Below, in pieces: positions 34,798 through 47,400 of a stretch of DNA of 64,000 bases (its first letter is position 1; every line of letters begins with the position of its first letter). Origin of the DNA: a virus (taxonomy: Duplodnaviria; Caudoviricetes); IMG/VR virus record IMGVR_UViG_3300037067_007160, positions 1 through 64,000 of that record; one strand, written 5' to 3'. Below the pieces are notes generated by a model. That model did no database searches, was not told the DNA's origin, and was given only the letters and a program-made list of their open reading frames with translations. The position numbers were made by a program, and so were the translations under genes.

Positions 34798-35424
34798 GTG
34801 ATTGAAGAGAGCATGATACGCAAGTGGAAAAAGATGTATGGAAGAGTATTCCGCTGCGTCATACAAGATGATGTATGGTACTACCGTGCATTGAGACTTG
34901 GAGAAGTAAGAACCGTCTCAATGTGTGAGGATCAGGAGCAAAAAGAACTCATGATCCTAAAGTGTGGTATTATACATCCAAAGATAGAGGATCTGGAAGG
35001 AATAACAGCTGGCGCTGCCGATAGATTAGTGTTACTGATATCGGGTGTTACAGGTGCTGATGAAGAATCCATTCTAAAGAGAGTTTCCGACGAGCGAGAT
35101 AAACTTGGAATAAGTGATGACTACTTGAAGTGGAAGGTCCAGATTATCAAGACTCTTAACTACAATCCCGATGAGGTTGATAGGATGACGATGGACGATT
35201 TCGTACGTGCCATTGTTCTTACAGAAGAAGTGCAGGGAAGACCATTAGTTAGTGTTGGAAAGGATGATGGGACCACTGCACAGCCAGTTGAAGAGGAAGA
35301 AGAGGGTGAACTTGAGAATGTAGATACTAGTACCGCAGCAAATATATCAGAGAGACGACTAAGAGCTAGATACGTAGCGGAGAAGCAGAAAAAGAGAAAT
35401 AGAATTGGAAGAAATTCGAGATGA
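34798..35424 (+). CDS. Second tail assembly chaperone (paralogue with C-terminal extension)
   Basis: KKMYG...WYYRALRLGE...CGIIHP parallels 34389-34730; PDEVDRMTMDDF is gpT-like. Confidence 0.6.
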   Translation: MIEESMIRKWKKMYGRVFRCVIQDDVWYYRALRLGEVRTVSMCEDQEQKELMILKCGIIHPKIEDLEGITAGAADRLVLLISGVTGADEESILKRVSDERDKLGISDDYLKWKVQIIKTLNYNPDEVDRMTMDDFVRAIVLTEEVQGRPLVSVGKDDGTTAQPVEEEEEGELENVDTSTAANISERRLRARYVAEKQKKRNRIGRNSR

Positions 35425-38400
35425 TATAACGGAAGCCCCCTCACAGCCAGGTCCGACAGTCGCCGGACTATTCGGACGTCTGGCTGCATTCACTATTGCC
35501 GCAGGAGCCACAACAACCCTCCTTAGAAAAGGCTCCAGGATGGCGGCCAAGTACATCACATCAAAGATACCAGCAATAACAAAGTTGGGTGGTAAAGAAG
35601 CTACTGGTAGTCTAGAAGGAATGGCCTCCCAATTTATTCAAAAGACATTTCCTTCCATAGGAAATACAACTCTTTCCCGTGACATTCAGAGTGGAAATCG
35701 AGCCTATCTAAAGTGGGCTGCCTCGTGGAATAGGCAGGATAGAATCTTTAAGGAAGTTAAGTACCTTGAAGAAGGGGCTAGACATGCTGTTGATACAATG
35801 GAAGGAATGTCCAAGGCTACAGACTTCCATTTCAATCGTATGCGGATGCAAACTGCTGACTTCTTCGCTCGTCCAGGTCTTGGGCAAAGAGCAACAGGCC
35901 TCGCCTATCAGTTAACAAAGAAGTCTCTTGCTGGTAATGCTGGAGCCTATGTTGCAGATCAGGCGATGAACATCTTTAGTGAACCAGGTGAAAGAACTGG
36001 TCCAGCTTGGTACAATCCTGTCGGTCATGCCATTAACTTCGCAAAGTTCACTGCACAGAACCTACCATATGGTCTTATGTTTAGTGGCGGTCTTGGTTAT
36101 GCAGCCAAGATGGGTGCCGAAGCTGGTATTGGCAGTCTTAAGTTTCTCACTCATGATGTAATTGGAAAGGCAAATACACAGAGGGCCTTGGCACGTACTG
36201 CCGCTGGAGCTGACTGGATCTTCAAAGGTCTAGCTGGTCTCCACACTGCAGCAAGACAATCAATGATACGATCCCAGGCGGTCCTTCCACAAGATGTAAT
36301 GTCACTTCAGTTCTTCAAAAAGGCGATAAATCCAACTACCTGGGTTGATTTTGCACGAGAAGGAATGGCAGGATGGAAGAAGGGACTTGGACTTGCTAAG
36401 AAAGGGGGAAGTACAGACCTCCAGTTTGATGCTGAGATAAAAAATCTCATCACACGTTCTGCTCATATAAATGAACCACAAGGAAGAGAGACATTCCTTC
36501 GTGATTTCTACACAAGGACCCAGAAAAATAGACAAAGTGCATTCGAATACATCTTTGGTCTTGAGAAGAAGGTTAATTTTGAGTCGGAACTCTCAAGATT
36601 AGCCAACCAATCACTATCAAAGCTAAAACTACCAGGTGGAAACCAAGAAAGACAGGCAGCTTCTGATGCTTTCATGCGTGGATGGAGAGATACATCACAT
36701 CTTCTTGGTAGGATGGGTGTGCAAGTACAACCTGGTGTATATAAGGGTGTTGGAAATGGTGTAATTGATATTAGACCTATTCAACCTCGCCGCATTTTGA
36801 ATAAAGTGGCCGATGTAATGAATATGGCCAGCTTTAGGATACCCGGTATTAATTCTCGCATCAATGTATTTGAAATGTTCATGATTCCAAACCTTATTAA
36901 GAAGACAGCATATGAGGAATGGACTGATGGTGCTGTCTTTCTTGGAACAAATAGGACAACTTCACAGAGAATTGGCCGAAGTAGACTCCTTTCTAGTAAT
37001 AATCCAGATGCAGGAGCACTTATTGAGAATGGTTGGTATGCACCGCAAGGTGGTATTGGTGTATTTGCAGGTGGTGGATTCTACCACTATCAAGATGGTA
37101 GTATAAGACGACTACATACACCAAGAGTAACATATAAGACATTCGCAAAGGGTAGTTGGGGACTTATGGCTGATACAATGGCCTGGCTTGGTGGTAGATA
37201 TCCACAACCACTAAAAGAAACGGAGACTGGTAACAGACCATTTGGTAAGAGAGTTATGGAGGCCCTTGACCTTGACATGACGAACAAGGAAGGTGTCTTC
37301 CGTAGAATTGGATCACATGTAAGAAAGTATGTTTGGTCTCCAGGAAATCCACATCCTAACTTCATATATGATAATATTGCTAATTTTGAACGTAGTGGAG
37401 ACCTAGCATCTGGGCAAGGTTTTGTAAGAGGAATAAAACATCTTGTAGATGATGCAGTTGGTGTATTCTCAAGCGTTAGAACGAAGAGATTTACTGATGC
37501 GATCCTTGGTGGTTCGGCTACAAATCCTAATAACCTTGATGATTTTAGGTATGTTGCTGATCGTGCGCGGGAAGCCCTATCAGAAAGTAATCTACATCCA
37601 TATGTAAGAGATCTTGCTTCATCATGGAACATAAGGAAGATAGTAGATAGGGCAGGAATGGTAGATGATTATAATTCCATCCGTAGGATCATGCTTGAAC
37701 CTGCGGCAGGTGGTAGGAAGAACTATGATCAGATGATAGACTTCCTCTCCATAGATGCATTATCCAAGAAGGATAGTGCTGGAGAGGTAATGACGTATAC
37801 AAATGATCTAGTGAATTCTCTTCAGAGGAAGGGTGAAATAGGAGAATTAGGGGCAGCATCCCTTAGAGTTATATCCTATGGACTCTCAAAGCAACAACAG
37901 AGTACCTTCTTTAAGAATTACCTATCACAGAGAGGAGGAACAATACGTGGCGAGAATCTTCAGGAACTAACTAGATTCCTTAAGACAAACTCAGTTGAGA
38001 GAGATATCAAAACAGTAGCGGGAAAGATATACAAGAATCCTCTTAAGAACTTTATAGACTTAGATGATGCCCCATACAAGTCTGGTATGATATCAAATGA
38101 GTCAAAGATACAAAACCTTAAAGAGGCCCCATTTGTTGCCATTCCATGGACCTCTTCTGGTAGGATGTTATCGAAGGAACTCGCTGCCATAGGTCTATCT
38201 GAGGAAAATGGAGATCCAAGGCCAAAGAGAGCACAAGGTGATATTCTTACTGGGAAAAATATACTTTGGGCTACTGTTGTTCGTAGAATGAGTAACGTTC
38301 TTCAACCATTTGATCTTGGTCTAAATCCTGCTAAGTATAATGGTGGTGGAATATGGAATAAGATAGGTGGACCTGGCACACAGATGTTTATAGAGGGTCT

Positions 38401-41400
38401 TGCCCTCAAACGTGCTGGGGCTATAGCTGGCCTTGCAACAGCCTATAGCATAACTGATAGGCTTGTGGATGTTATGCCTGGACTCCAGAACACTCCATTA
38501 GGCGAGGGACTTACAGTATTTGGTGCTGACCAGTTTGTTAAGGCTAGGATGGGAGTCTCCTGGGCAGCTGATGCTCTTGGTATAACTAGTACGGCTAAAT
38601 ATCTTGAAGGTCTCTTTCCTGGAATGATAGATAGTCCTCTCATGCGGGCGGCCAGGGGCGTTATGGCGCCCCTATGGTTGGCTAATGCCATAGGTCATAG
38701 CGGTGGAGCTACCGGAAAGAGACTACAATGGGGTCTTCTTGGTGGTATGGCTATGGGCGCTGTCCAAGGTTTTGGTATGTTCGATATGACCAAGAACACA
38801 GCTGAACTGAAGGAAATTTACTCAGGTAGAGAAGAAATACCTATTAAACGTGGCCGATGGTGGGAACTTGGTAGTTCCAACTATAGCGGTTCTCGTATAC
38901 GTGGATTCTATCCAAACTGGTATGCTAGGTTAAAGTCACAATCTATGTCCACTCCAGAAGGATGGGGCAGTCCATTAGAGCAGATACTCTACAAACCATG
39001 GCCCCTATTTGACTTTAACCCTCTTGGATGGCTTATGGGAGAACCACATCACTATGCGTACCAGCACTACTATAGCCGCCCATATCCAGAGACTGGTTCT
39101 GCCTTCTATGAATTTCCCTTTATAGGACCAGCTCTCTCTTCTACTCTTGGTAGGATTATGGCGCCACCAAAACAGATGCATAAACAGGAACTATATGCAC
39201 AGTTAGATAAATATGGATACTCTACAGCTGGTGGTTTCTCACAGAGGGTTGGTTCAATTCCTGGAACAAGTGAAATGGCTAGGGCAATGCCTGTCTCCAA
39301 CTTTGGAATAAGACAGACACTTGGAAATCAGTTATACAATATTGAGCAGTTTACTGGTCTATGGGGATTTGGCCTTCAGACGGCAACACAGGAACTGATG
39401 GGTGTCGAGCAACCATATGAAGGTGACAATGTTCTAGAAAATGCTGGAGAAATCACTTCCATGCGCAGGCAGTACTATGATAAGGAACTTGGTGGTCTTG
39501 CTGGTATGAGCGAAGCTTGGCGTCGTTTCCTTCCAAAGAGACAGGCACAGGTCAATAGAATTAATCCACTTCAGAATAGGATGCCAAAGTGGTTACCCGT
39601 TCAGTTCAGAGTTGGAGATGCATACGCAAAGACGCCATGGGGAGAACTAGTTCTTCCTGGGCAAGGATATACTAGTGCTCACGATGTTGAGATGACATAT
39701 CCAGCCTCAGCCGACATGCTCGGTCTCCCACTGGAGGAGACTACCAGAAGAATGTTATCTCTTGGACGACCTGAGCCTATTGGTAGGGAAGAACTGGAGA
39801 ATGTTAATGCGAGGATCAAGGCCGCCGCCGAAGTCTATGAACCATATAACGATGTATCTGGAACATATGATGGAATTATAAGGAAGGGGCGCCGGGCCAT
39901 CCTCCAGAAGATTAAGAACTTCAATAGTCAAGAACTAACTGATGTTGTAGGCCCAACTGAAACAGATATCTCAGAAGTAAACTTCTATATGAGGATGGCT
40001 GGCGTATCTGAGGGTATTATTCAGTATAGAATCGATGGTGTTCCTGCACTTGCCTATCCTGTTCGCTATGATGAACAACGTTTTCAAAAGGATATGGATA
40101 TAGTCAATAGAGCTAGAAGAAAGGCTGCTGATCTATATGCAAAGGGTGTTGGTTTTGAAGGAATGGGATATAGTCATCTTGATAGGGCAAGTATACTCGC
40201 TAATGTAGCTCCGTATAGTAATGAATTTAAGCAAGAGTTAGCAATGGCTAAACAATCTGTTAAGATTGGAAAGGGTGATGTAAATAAATTAGAGAAGATA
40301 AAGAAACATGCCAATGCTATGAAGATGGCCCAAGAATTCTATCCAAGAAGATTTCTTGGAAAAGTTATGACACCTGATGCAGCCTTCAACAATATGTCTC
40401 TCAATGAGTATATGAAGGCTGCTGCCGAATACTCGCTACCAGAAAGGGCTCTTGGTGCACTATGGGAAGGTTTTAACTCTCTTAATCATCCATTTGATAA
40501 GTTTCACTCCTATAAGACACCATTAGATGCCTATAAGGCTGATACACTGTATGGTAGACGTATCAAGATGTGGCAAAGTCCTACTGAACACTGGCTCGAC
40601 TCTATGGAGAGAGGGTTCATGTCAAAGGATGATCCAATGAGTGGTTATCTTGCTGGCTTCATTGGTGGTTATGTGTTTGGTGGTGGATCAGCTGGATCAT
40701 TTCTAATGTCTGGTATAGGTGCTGCCTATGGTACTGTCCATGGTCTATATAGAAAAGTTACAGGATCTACATATATCCCCGGAACGGTACAGGAGACAAG
40801 GAATGTGAATAGATACTTTGACCAGATGAACTACCAGAAAGATATGTTACTTTATGAAATGACCGGAAATAATGAGTATCTAGAAGGTGCTAGAAGTACA
40901 ATGACAGGTATTAACCCCAGTGATTTGTCTCGTCAGTCATGGGCCCGTTTCTATAGGGCAACCCCTTATCAAGAGAAACCATATATTATGTCCTTCCTTA
41001 GGGAAACTGATCAGACTGAGCGAAGGAAGATACTCGAAGTTGTTCCTTCTGATGTTGGAGATGTTCTCGCTTCGAAGTGGGCAAAGATGGATGGTCTTAG
41101 TTATGATAGAGAAATGACTAAACGATCAATGGCGAAGATGCCACCTCCTGAATGGGCAGGATGGGCACCAGAGGTTAATCTTGATGACGTTGAACTCAAG
41201 ACTGTAGAACAAATGGGTTTCGAAAAACATGACTTTGGTCTAGGTTGGTATGAGCAAGAGAGGAGGATTAGAAATTCTCCTGGTATTCCTGGTCCCATTA
41301 ACATGAGGGACCCAGGAAATATGGCAACAATAAGCAATACTCCACTCTTCAATCAGTCTGAGGTAAGAAGGTCGATAGAGAGAGCACTAGAAGGTATGGG

Positions 41401-41464
41401 TGTGCAAGCATTTATATCTATAGGGCCATCTTATAGTGATAACCAACTCACTGTGATAGGATAA
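35405..41464 (+). CDS. Giant tail protein at the tape-measure position (2019 aa)
   Basis: Follows the chaperones; Gly/Ala-rich hydrophobic segments; degenerate PD-(D/E)XK-like segment. Confidence 0.55.
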   Translation: MEEIRDDITEAPSQPGPTVAGLFGRLAAFTIAAGATTTLLRKGSRMAAKYITSKIPAITKLGGKEATGSLEGMASQFIQKTFPSIGNTTLSRDIQSGNRAYLKWAASWNRQDRIFKEVKYLEEGARHAVDTMEGMSKATDFHFNRMRMQTADFFARPGLGQRATGLAYQLTKKSLAGNAGAYVADQAMNIFSEPGERTGPAWYNPVGHAINFAKFTAQNLPYGLMFSGGLGYAAKMGAEAGIGSLKFLTHDVIGKANTQRALARTAAGADWIFKGLAGLHTAARQSMIRSQAVLPQDVMSLQFFKKAINPTTWVDFAREGMAGWKKGLGLAKKGGSTDLQFDAEIKNLITRSAHINEPQGRETFLRDFYTRTQKNRQSAFEYIFGLEKKVNFESELSRLANQSLSKLKLPGGNQERQAASDAFMRGWRDTSHLLGRMGVQVQPGVYKGVGNGVIDIRPIQPRRILNKVADVMNMASFRIPGINSRINVFEMFMIPNLIKKTAYEEWTDGAVFLGTNRTTSQRIGRSRLLSSNNPDAGALIENGWYAPQGGIGVFAGGGFYHYQDGSIRRLHTPRVTYKTFAKGSWGLMADTMAWLGGRYPQPLKETETGNRPFGKRVMEALDLDMTNKEGVFRRIGSHVRKYVWSPGNPHPNFIYDNIANFERSGDLASGQGFVRGIKHLVDDAVGVFSSVRTKRFTDAILGGSATNPNNLDDFRYVADRAREALSESNLHPYVRDLASSWNIRKIVDRAGMVDDYNSIRRIMLEPAAGGRKNYDQMIDFLSIDALSKKDSAGEVMTYTNDLVNSLQRKGEIGELGAASLRVISYGLSKQQQSTFFKNYLSQRGGTIRGENLQELTRFLKTNSVERDIKTVAGKIYKNPLKNFIDLDDAPYKSGMISNESKIQNLKEAPFVAIPWTSSGRMLSKELAAIGLSEENGDPRPKRAQGDILTGKNILWATVVRRMSNVLQPFDLGLNPAKYNGGGIWNKIGGPGTQMFIEGLALKRAGAIAGLATAYSITDRLVDVMPGLQNTPLGEGLTVFGADQFVKARMGVSWAADALGITSTAKYLEGLFPGMIDSPLMRAARGVMAPLWLANAIGHSGGATGKRLQWGLLGGMAMGAVQGFGMFDMTKNTAELKEIYSGREEIPIKRGRWWELGSSNYSGSRIRGFYPNWYARLKSQSMSTPEGWGSPLEQILYKPWPLFDFNPLGWLMGEPHHYAYQHYYSRPYPETGSAFYEFPFIGPALSSTLGRIMAPPKQMHKQELYAQLDKYGYSTAGGFSQRVGSIPGTSEMARAMPVSNFGIRQTLGNQLYNIEQFTGLWGFGLQTATQELMGVEQPYEGDNVLENAGEITSMRRQYYDKELGGLAGMSEAWRRFLPKRQAQVNRINPLQNRMPKWLPVQFRVGDAYAKTPWGELVLPGQGYTSAHDVEMTYPASADMLGLPLEETTRRMLSLGRPEPIGREELENVNARIKAAAEVYEPYNDVSGTYDGIIRKGRRAILQKIKNFNSQELTDVVGPTETDISEVNFYMRMAGVSEGIIQYRIDGVPALAYPVRYDEQRFQKDMDIVNRARRKAADLYAKGVGFEGMGYSHLDRASILANVAPYSNEFKQELAMAKQSVKIGKGDVNKLEKIKKHANAMKMAQEFYPRRFLGKVMTPDAAFNNMSLNEYMKAAAEYSLPERALGALWEGFNSLNHPFDKFHSYKTPLDAYKADTLYGRRIKMWQSPTEHWLDSMERGFMSKDDPMSGYLAGFIGGYVFGGGSAGSFLMSGIGAAYGTVHGLYRKVTGSTYIPGTVQETRNVNRYFDQMNYQKDMLLYEMTGNNEYLEGARSTMTGINPSDLSRQSWARFYRATPYQEKPYIMSFLRETDQTERRKILEVVPSDVGDVLASKWAKMDGLSYDREMTKRSMAKMPPPEWAGWAPEVNLDDVELKTVEQMGFEKHDFGLGWYEQERRIRNSPGIPGPINMRDPGNMATISNTPLFNQSEVRRSIERALEGMGVQAFISIGPSYSDNQLTVIG

Positions 41465-44400
41465 TGGCTAGAGAAGAAGATAACCTTAATGGTATAGAGA
41501 TAGCGATGCGAACCGGGGCCGGACTTGGCCTTGGTTATGCTGCCATCCATGCATATCGATCAGACTATCAGGGGATGAAGAGATCATTTCTTGGTATGAA
41601 TCTATCACCTACCATAAAGAGGGCCTTTACCCGCATTTGGCAATTCTCAGGTGAGTTCTTTGAACACATAAACATGGAAAAGTCACTTAGTCTTCCAATA
41701 TATATGCAGGAGATTAAGAATGATTTTGAAATAACGCGAGTTATAGAGGAAATCAATAGAAAAAGGTCGCAAATTCAGGACATATTCCTTGGTGCATCCG
41801 ATGCTATAGAGAATATAAGGGCAACTGCCCTAGTAGAAGGTATAAATCCTGAACATCTAGTTCCAATGCTCGGAGAATTTAGCACCTTTAGAAACAACTA
41901 CTTTGGTAGAGCTCTTTGGAGAGCTGAAGTTCTCACTGAATCAACATTTAAGGGAAGGTCAGCTGCTGTTGAAACTGGAAGACTTGAATCTCTACGAGTT
42001 GATGAGTTAGAGTCTATAAATCAACAGTTAAAAATCGTTAGGGATAGGGCAAGACAACTAGAATATAATATACGTGGAGCAAAAAATGATATTCAGAGAA
42101 TAGTAAACCTCTCTACATCAAAAATGGGTGGTGTAAGTGAACAAAGGACTTCTGAAATTATTACTGACAAGATGCAGAAGATAAGAGAAAGGATAGATGC
42201 AACGACAAGGACAATAGGTGGACTTGCCGACCTAAGACCAACATCAAATCCAGTTCCACAGACACCAAACTTCAAATTCTGGACAATAGGTGGCGATATT
42301 CGTGATCTCAAATCACAAATATCAAATCAAAGGTTAATAGGTAGGGAGGGGTTGCACACAATCTCCACTGTTGTAAAACAGATGTATGATGATCCACTTC
42401 TGACAAAGAATATTATTGGTCCAGAAAAGATTGCTCAGAGAAAGACAGAGGAAAGACTCGTTCGAAGAGAATTCATGGCGAACATACGTGATTCTATTAG
42501 AGATCTACAAAGGACTGGAATCTTTTCCTCTGTAGAAGTTGGTGTTACAACAGAAGCCATGGATGAAGTTGTTATTAGAGCCACAAAGAGAGGTGGTGGA
42601 GAACTTCTCATTCCATTGGCCATAAATATACCAAAGACAGAGGCAGGAATACGATATGCACGACGCGGAGGAAAGACATTCTTCCAGCCATTCACAAAAC
42701 AGAGAAACATTTTGCTTGAGCAGTCAAGACAGGCATCATATATGTTATCGGATCCAGCCTTTCTTCCTCAAGATATCGATGAGAGGGTAAAAGACTCTCT
42801 TGATTCAATCTTTGATAGAATGATGTTACCATCTAAGACAACATTAGTAGATGCAGTGCAAAGTGCTCAGGTAAATCAACGACTTACCCATCAAGAATCT
42901 GAACTTTTTATGGGAGCTTGGGATTCTTTTAGAAAAATACAGAAAGTAAAGATGGGTAGAGGAAGTATATTACATATAGATCTTGAGGGTGACCAAATTG
43001 GTTGGTCTTTAATGGACTGGAAAGGACAACCTATTGATGGTTACCACTTCGCTATTGGTACAGGTGCTGTTGCTAAGACACCAACACATCTTCGATCAAA
43101 ATCCCTAGGCGGACATAATATCGTCCAGGAAATAGGCGAGAATGAATTGGATAAGGTTGTTGATGCTCTTCATAAGACTATTATGAAGTCCTATGGTAAA
43201 CCTATCCGGATTGCAAGTAAAGCATATGGATTATTTGATAAAGAAAAGCTAAATGCCTTACTTACAGAAGTCGATAAACGCTCAATGGGTGGCAATCCTA
43301 AGATTGCGGCTCTTAAGGCCGCCCTATCATCAGATAATGTCATTGAAATCAATAACTTACCACGTATGAATGGCGAAACACTACAGGTAAAGGGCGTACA
43401 ACTCTTCCGTATTATGTCCAGACACCTAAGGAATAAACCGAAGTTGCGTGCACAGATGGAACAACTAGTAAAGAAGGTTGGAATTCCTTCCTTTGATGAG
43501 ATCGGTCAGATGGTGGTCGAACAGGGACATCATACGGCCTTTATGGATGCCTATATGCAGGGTATCTATGTTGAATTCACAAGGATGCTTCAAAAGAAGG
43601 ATAGAAGGGCTGTAGAACGCGAGTTCAAGAAGATAAAGGAAGGTTTTCTACCAGATAGACTTACTGTAGGTCTCTATCATAGTGAACTCTCCCATCTAAG
43701 GCGTCTGAACGTCTCTCCATCAGCTAGCATTCATGGAAAGTTGGATACAAGTGGTAGCATGCTAACAAATCCATTTCCAGATCAAAGGCCAGGCCATGAA
43801 TATAGGCAAATTCCATCTATGCAACTTAGGAGTATATCAGATCCTGTTACGAGAAGAAGAATTCAAGATGAGTATAGAAGACTTATGGATGCAGGAATTG
43901 AACCTGATCTAAATCAGATACTAAAGCGTGAATTGAATGAAATACATACGAAATCCTTGGTTCTTATTGATCCTGGCGGAACTCGTTACATGGCAAAGGA
44001 TGATTTTGGATTTTCAGATCCTCTTATGAAATCTTCTACTTGGGCTGAGGCCTATGAGGAAGTTGTTGATAAGGGATCTAGTATTGAATTTGGTATAAAG
44101 GAGGGTGCTGAGGTCTCAACTGGTGGATTTGTTGGCCTACGTCGGGATGAACCAATTGCTTTTAAGTCAAGAAAACATACCCAGAAAGGTATAGTTACTT
44201 CCATTATAGATAATAAGGATGGAACGGAGACTATCGTTATTAATAGAATTAATAAGTTAGGATGGGGAATTCCTGTTGTTGTTGGTGGTTCTCAGGCGGC
44301 AACTGTTACAAGATCCATGGATGACTATCTACCACATATTGGTGGTGACTTCAGTTCATTTCGATTGGCTGCATATGCTGAGAAGAATAACCCTGGCGCC

Positions 44401-47400
44401 GTTATGTCAGACATGCTCGCTCTTATGTTTCATCACTCTGGAATGGGCCCAAATGCAATAGTAAAGAATGATATTCTGACAAAGATAATTATGAAGAAGA
44501 TGGGTGCTGATCCAAAGGATGCTAGAAGGACAAGGTTTCCAATGGTAAGAGATACTCTTAGTGGAATGATGAAACCAGATGTAAGAGGAAGAGAATACTG
44601 GTACGAGAACTTCAAAGACATGGATATTGGTAAAATTGTCGAGATTAGCGAGGAGTATAAGAGACAGGTTACCGCTCTTGGAGATTCCTTTACTGGAAGT
44701 CGGCTTATTTTCGATGAAATTCATAAGGTAATGGGTAGGAGTGAGATACGTGAGACACAGGACAAAGTCCTAAGATCCTATGGTATGCTTATGGGCCAGA
44801 AAGGATATATAGAGGCAAATGTGAAGATAGCTTCACATAATATGGGTCGTCCTATTAGTGAGAGTGCTATAAAGTCTAGAGTAAATGATGTAAGGAGAGT
44901 CCTCGAGAGTGGAGATGTCAAATCTGCCATTGCCCTCATGAGAAATGATATTAAAATAGGAGAAGTGGATGATATCTTAGAGCAGTTACCAGCCCACTTT
45001 GGTTTTGTACGTCATAGGGAAGATCTTGATGCTAGACTTACATGGTCACCAGCCACCGTAAGCTGGGATTCTGTTGTTGCCCGTGACTTTGATACTATGA
45101 GTGGTCTTGGTGAGTTGAAACAACTTAATATTAGCATGGCCACTCTTGAGCAACTCTCACCTTTACGGGATAGCAAGGGTCTCTTGGATATTCTTCGAAC
45201 AGGCATCTATAAGAGTGATCCAATTAAGACATATAGGATGTTTCCATTTTCATTTCTCTCCTCTAAGGAGACCTTATCTGGATTCAGACGAGTATCTAGA
45301 AATGATGTTACAAAACATCTCAATAAGTTCCTCGATAGGTGGATGTCTCTACCAGAGACAACAAGAATGGGTAACTTCAATGGTTGGATACCAAAGGATG
45401 CTGTTTATAACCTAAATGGAAGTTGGATGACAAGAGAAGCAGCCCAATCTCACTATGGTATGACATCAATTGAGTTTGATGAAGCCGTTCGTGATGGAAA
45501 GGCTACTTTGGTCGATCCAACTGTCCTAAAGAGTCGTCTAAGAGTTGCTTCTGATGTAGACCAGATGAGAAGAACTAGCATGCAACCATTTTCAGTAGAA
45601 TTTGGTAGGGATGCTAGACTTTCCGTTGAAGCAAGATGGAGTAAGACAAATGTTAATATAGAGCGTCTTCTTATTACACAAGCATCGAGAGAAGACTACT
45701 TTCCTGTCGATATGGTAGGCCCTGGGGGTAAAAAGCAACGTTATCTCATTGAATCTCCCATCCAGACCAAGACAAGAGAGGTCCTACGTCATATTCTATC
45801 TGGCGCCTTCGTAAATCCACGAGATGGTAACACAGGTGGCCCTGTTCTCCAGGAGTTAATGGATCTCTACCAGGACTATACTGTGAAACTCAATTTGAAG
45901 ACCTCCCTGGCAACCTCTATGGTCCCTGTTGTCCGTTTCCATGGAAGTACGTTATTTACCGACCTTCCTCAACTATCTGGTGGAGTAACGACCAAAGAAG
46001 AGGCTATGAAGGTCATGATGGGCGTCTTTGGTACAAAAGAGATGGATTCCAAGATGTTTCTTCGAAGAAGAGGTGTAATGCCAAGAAAAGAAGGATTCAT
46101 AGTTGGTGTCAATGAAAGAGATGTTGATAAATGGATAGGAAACGTCTTTTCAACCCTATCTTCTGATGATATTAAGGCAATGGCCAATCGATTCCTTGGA
46201 AACGTAAAACTTGGTAATAAGAGTGGGATAAATCCAAGTCTATATACTCTACGTCATATGGCTGAATTTGGACCGGCCGATGGAAAGAATTTTGCCTCAA
46301 ATGCTCTTGGTATGATCCAAAATATAGCTAGTTCTAAGGTTACTGGAGATGCTGCTAGAAAAGGCTGGCTTGATCTAGTACTAAAGGGAGTTACTCCTCT
46401 ATCAATGGGCGGACTGAAATTTCCTCTTGCTGACCAAGGCAAATTCGTAGGTGAGGACTTCTATAAGGCTATGGCCTATGGTCAGGATAGGAAGAATCTT
46501 GCTTCTAGAATGGCCATTGGTGGAAGTCCTGTAGGTGTCATGCCTTCTGCGGCCATGTTCCAGGGAACGATCGATACAGACGGTGACTTCCTTGCCTTCA
46601 TGCTAGGTGAAGGTGTAACAGAGAAGGTCCTTAAGATTATGGAGTCTAATACCTTCTTTTCTGAGATTAATCCTATTGCTCAGGTCGTAGGTACGGAGAA
46701 GGGTATGGTCCAACTTTATGATACAGTAAATAATGAGTTTATCAAGCGACCTATGGGTGTAACAACTCACTTTACGGGGTTAAACAAGGCAGAGTCTGTA
46801 CAGGCCGAGTTATGGACCAAGCAGGCGGCCGGTAAGATCACAATCTTCTCTGAGAACATAGGTCAATATATGTCACGAGTCCTATCTCATAGGGGAAGTG
46901 GACTTGCGACGGATCTTGGCCAGGAAACAATGTCAAAGATGAGACTGCAGTTGAGAGAGTGTATGGGTGCCCTTATTGAAGGTGGCGCCCTTAAGGGTAA
47001 GTCTTCAAGTAGTGCTGGATCTGATGCCATGATCGAATTCTTCGATAGACTCTCCCATGAATCAGGGGTAAAGGAGTTTATGGGTGAGGTGGAGACTATT
47101 GTCAGAAATGGAGATCCAAGTGATGTAAAGGTTGGAATGTTCAAGAAACTTCTATCTCCTATAGTCGGTTTACAGGATGTCTTCGAAGGAACAAAGGGAA
47201 TGGACTTTGGGGATGTTATGATCCAGGCAGCTAGAGGAGGTCGGGCACTTGGAAGTCTATCAGCCGAGGAAATACTTGTAGGTACATCACATAGGGCAAA
47301 GGATACATATAAGGGCCAGATGGTAGATGCCATGCGTAATATCCTTCCGGACATTCCTACTCACTTTACACCATGGAAGCAGGAGGGTGTCCTCACGGCC

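Noticed and set aside
34700-34800. Programmed frameshift joining the chaperone genes
   Set aside because: No slippery heptamer before the stop; the second gene has its own RBS and a paralogous N-terminus.
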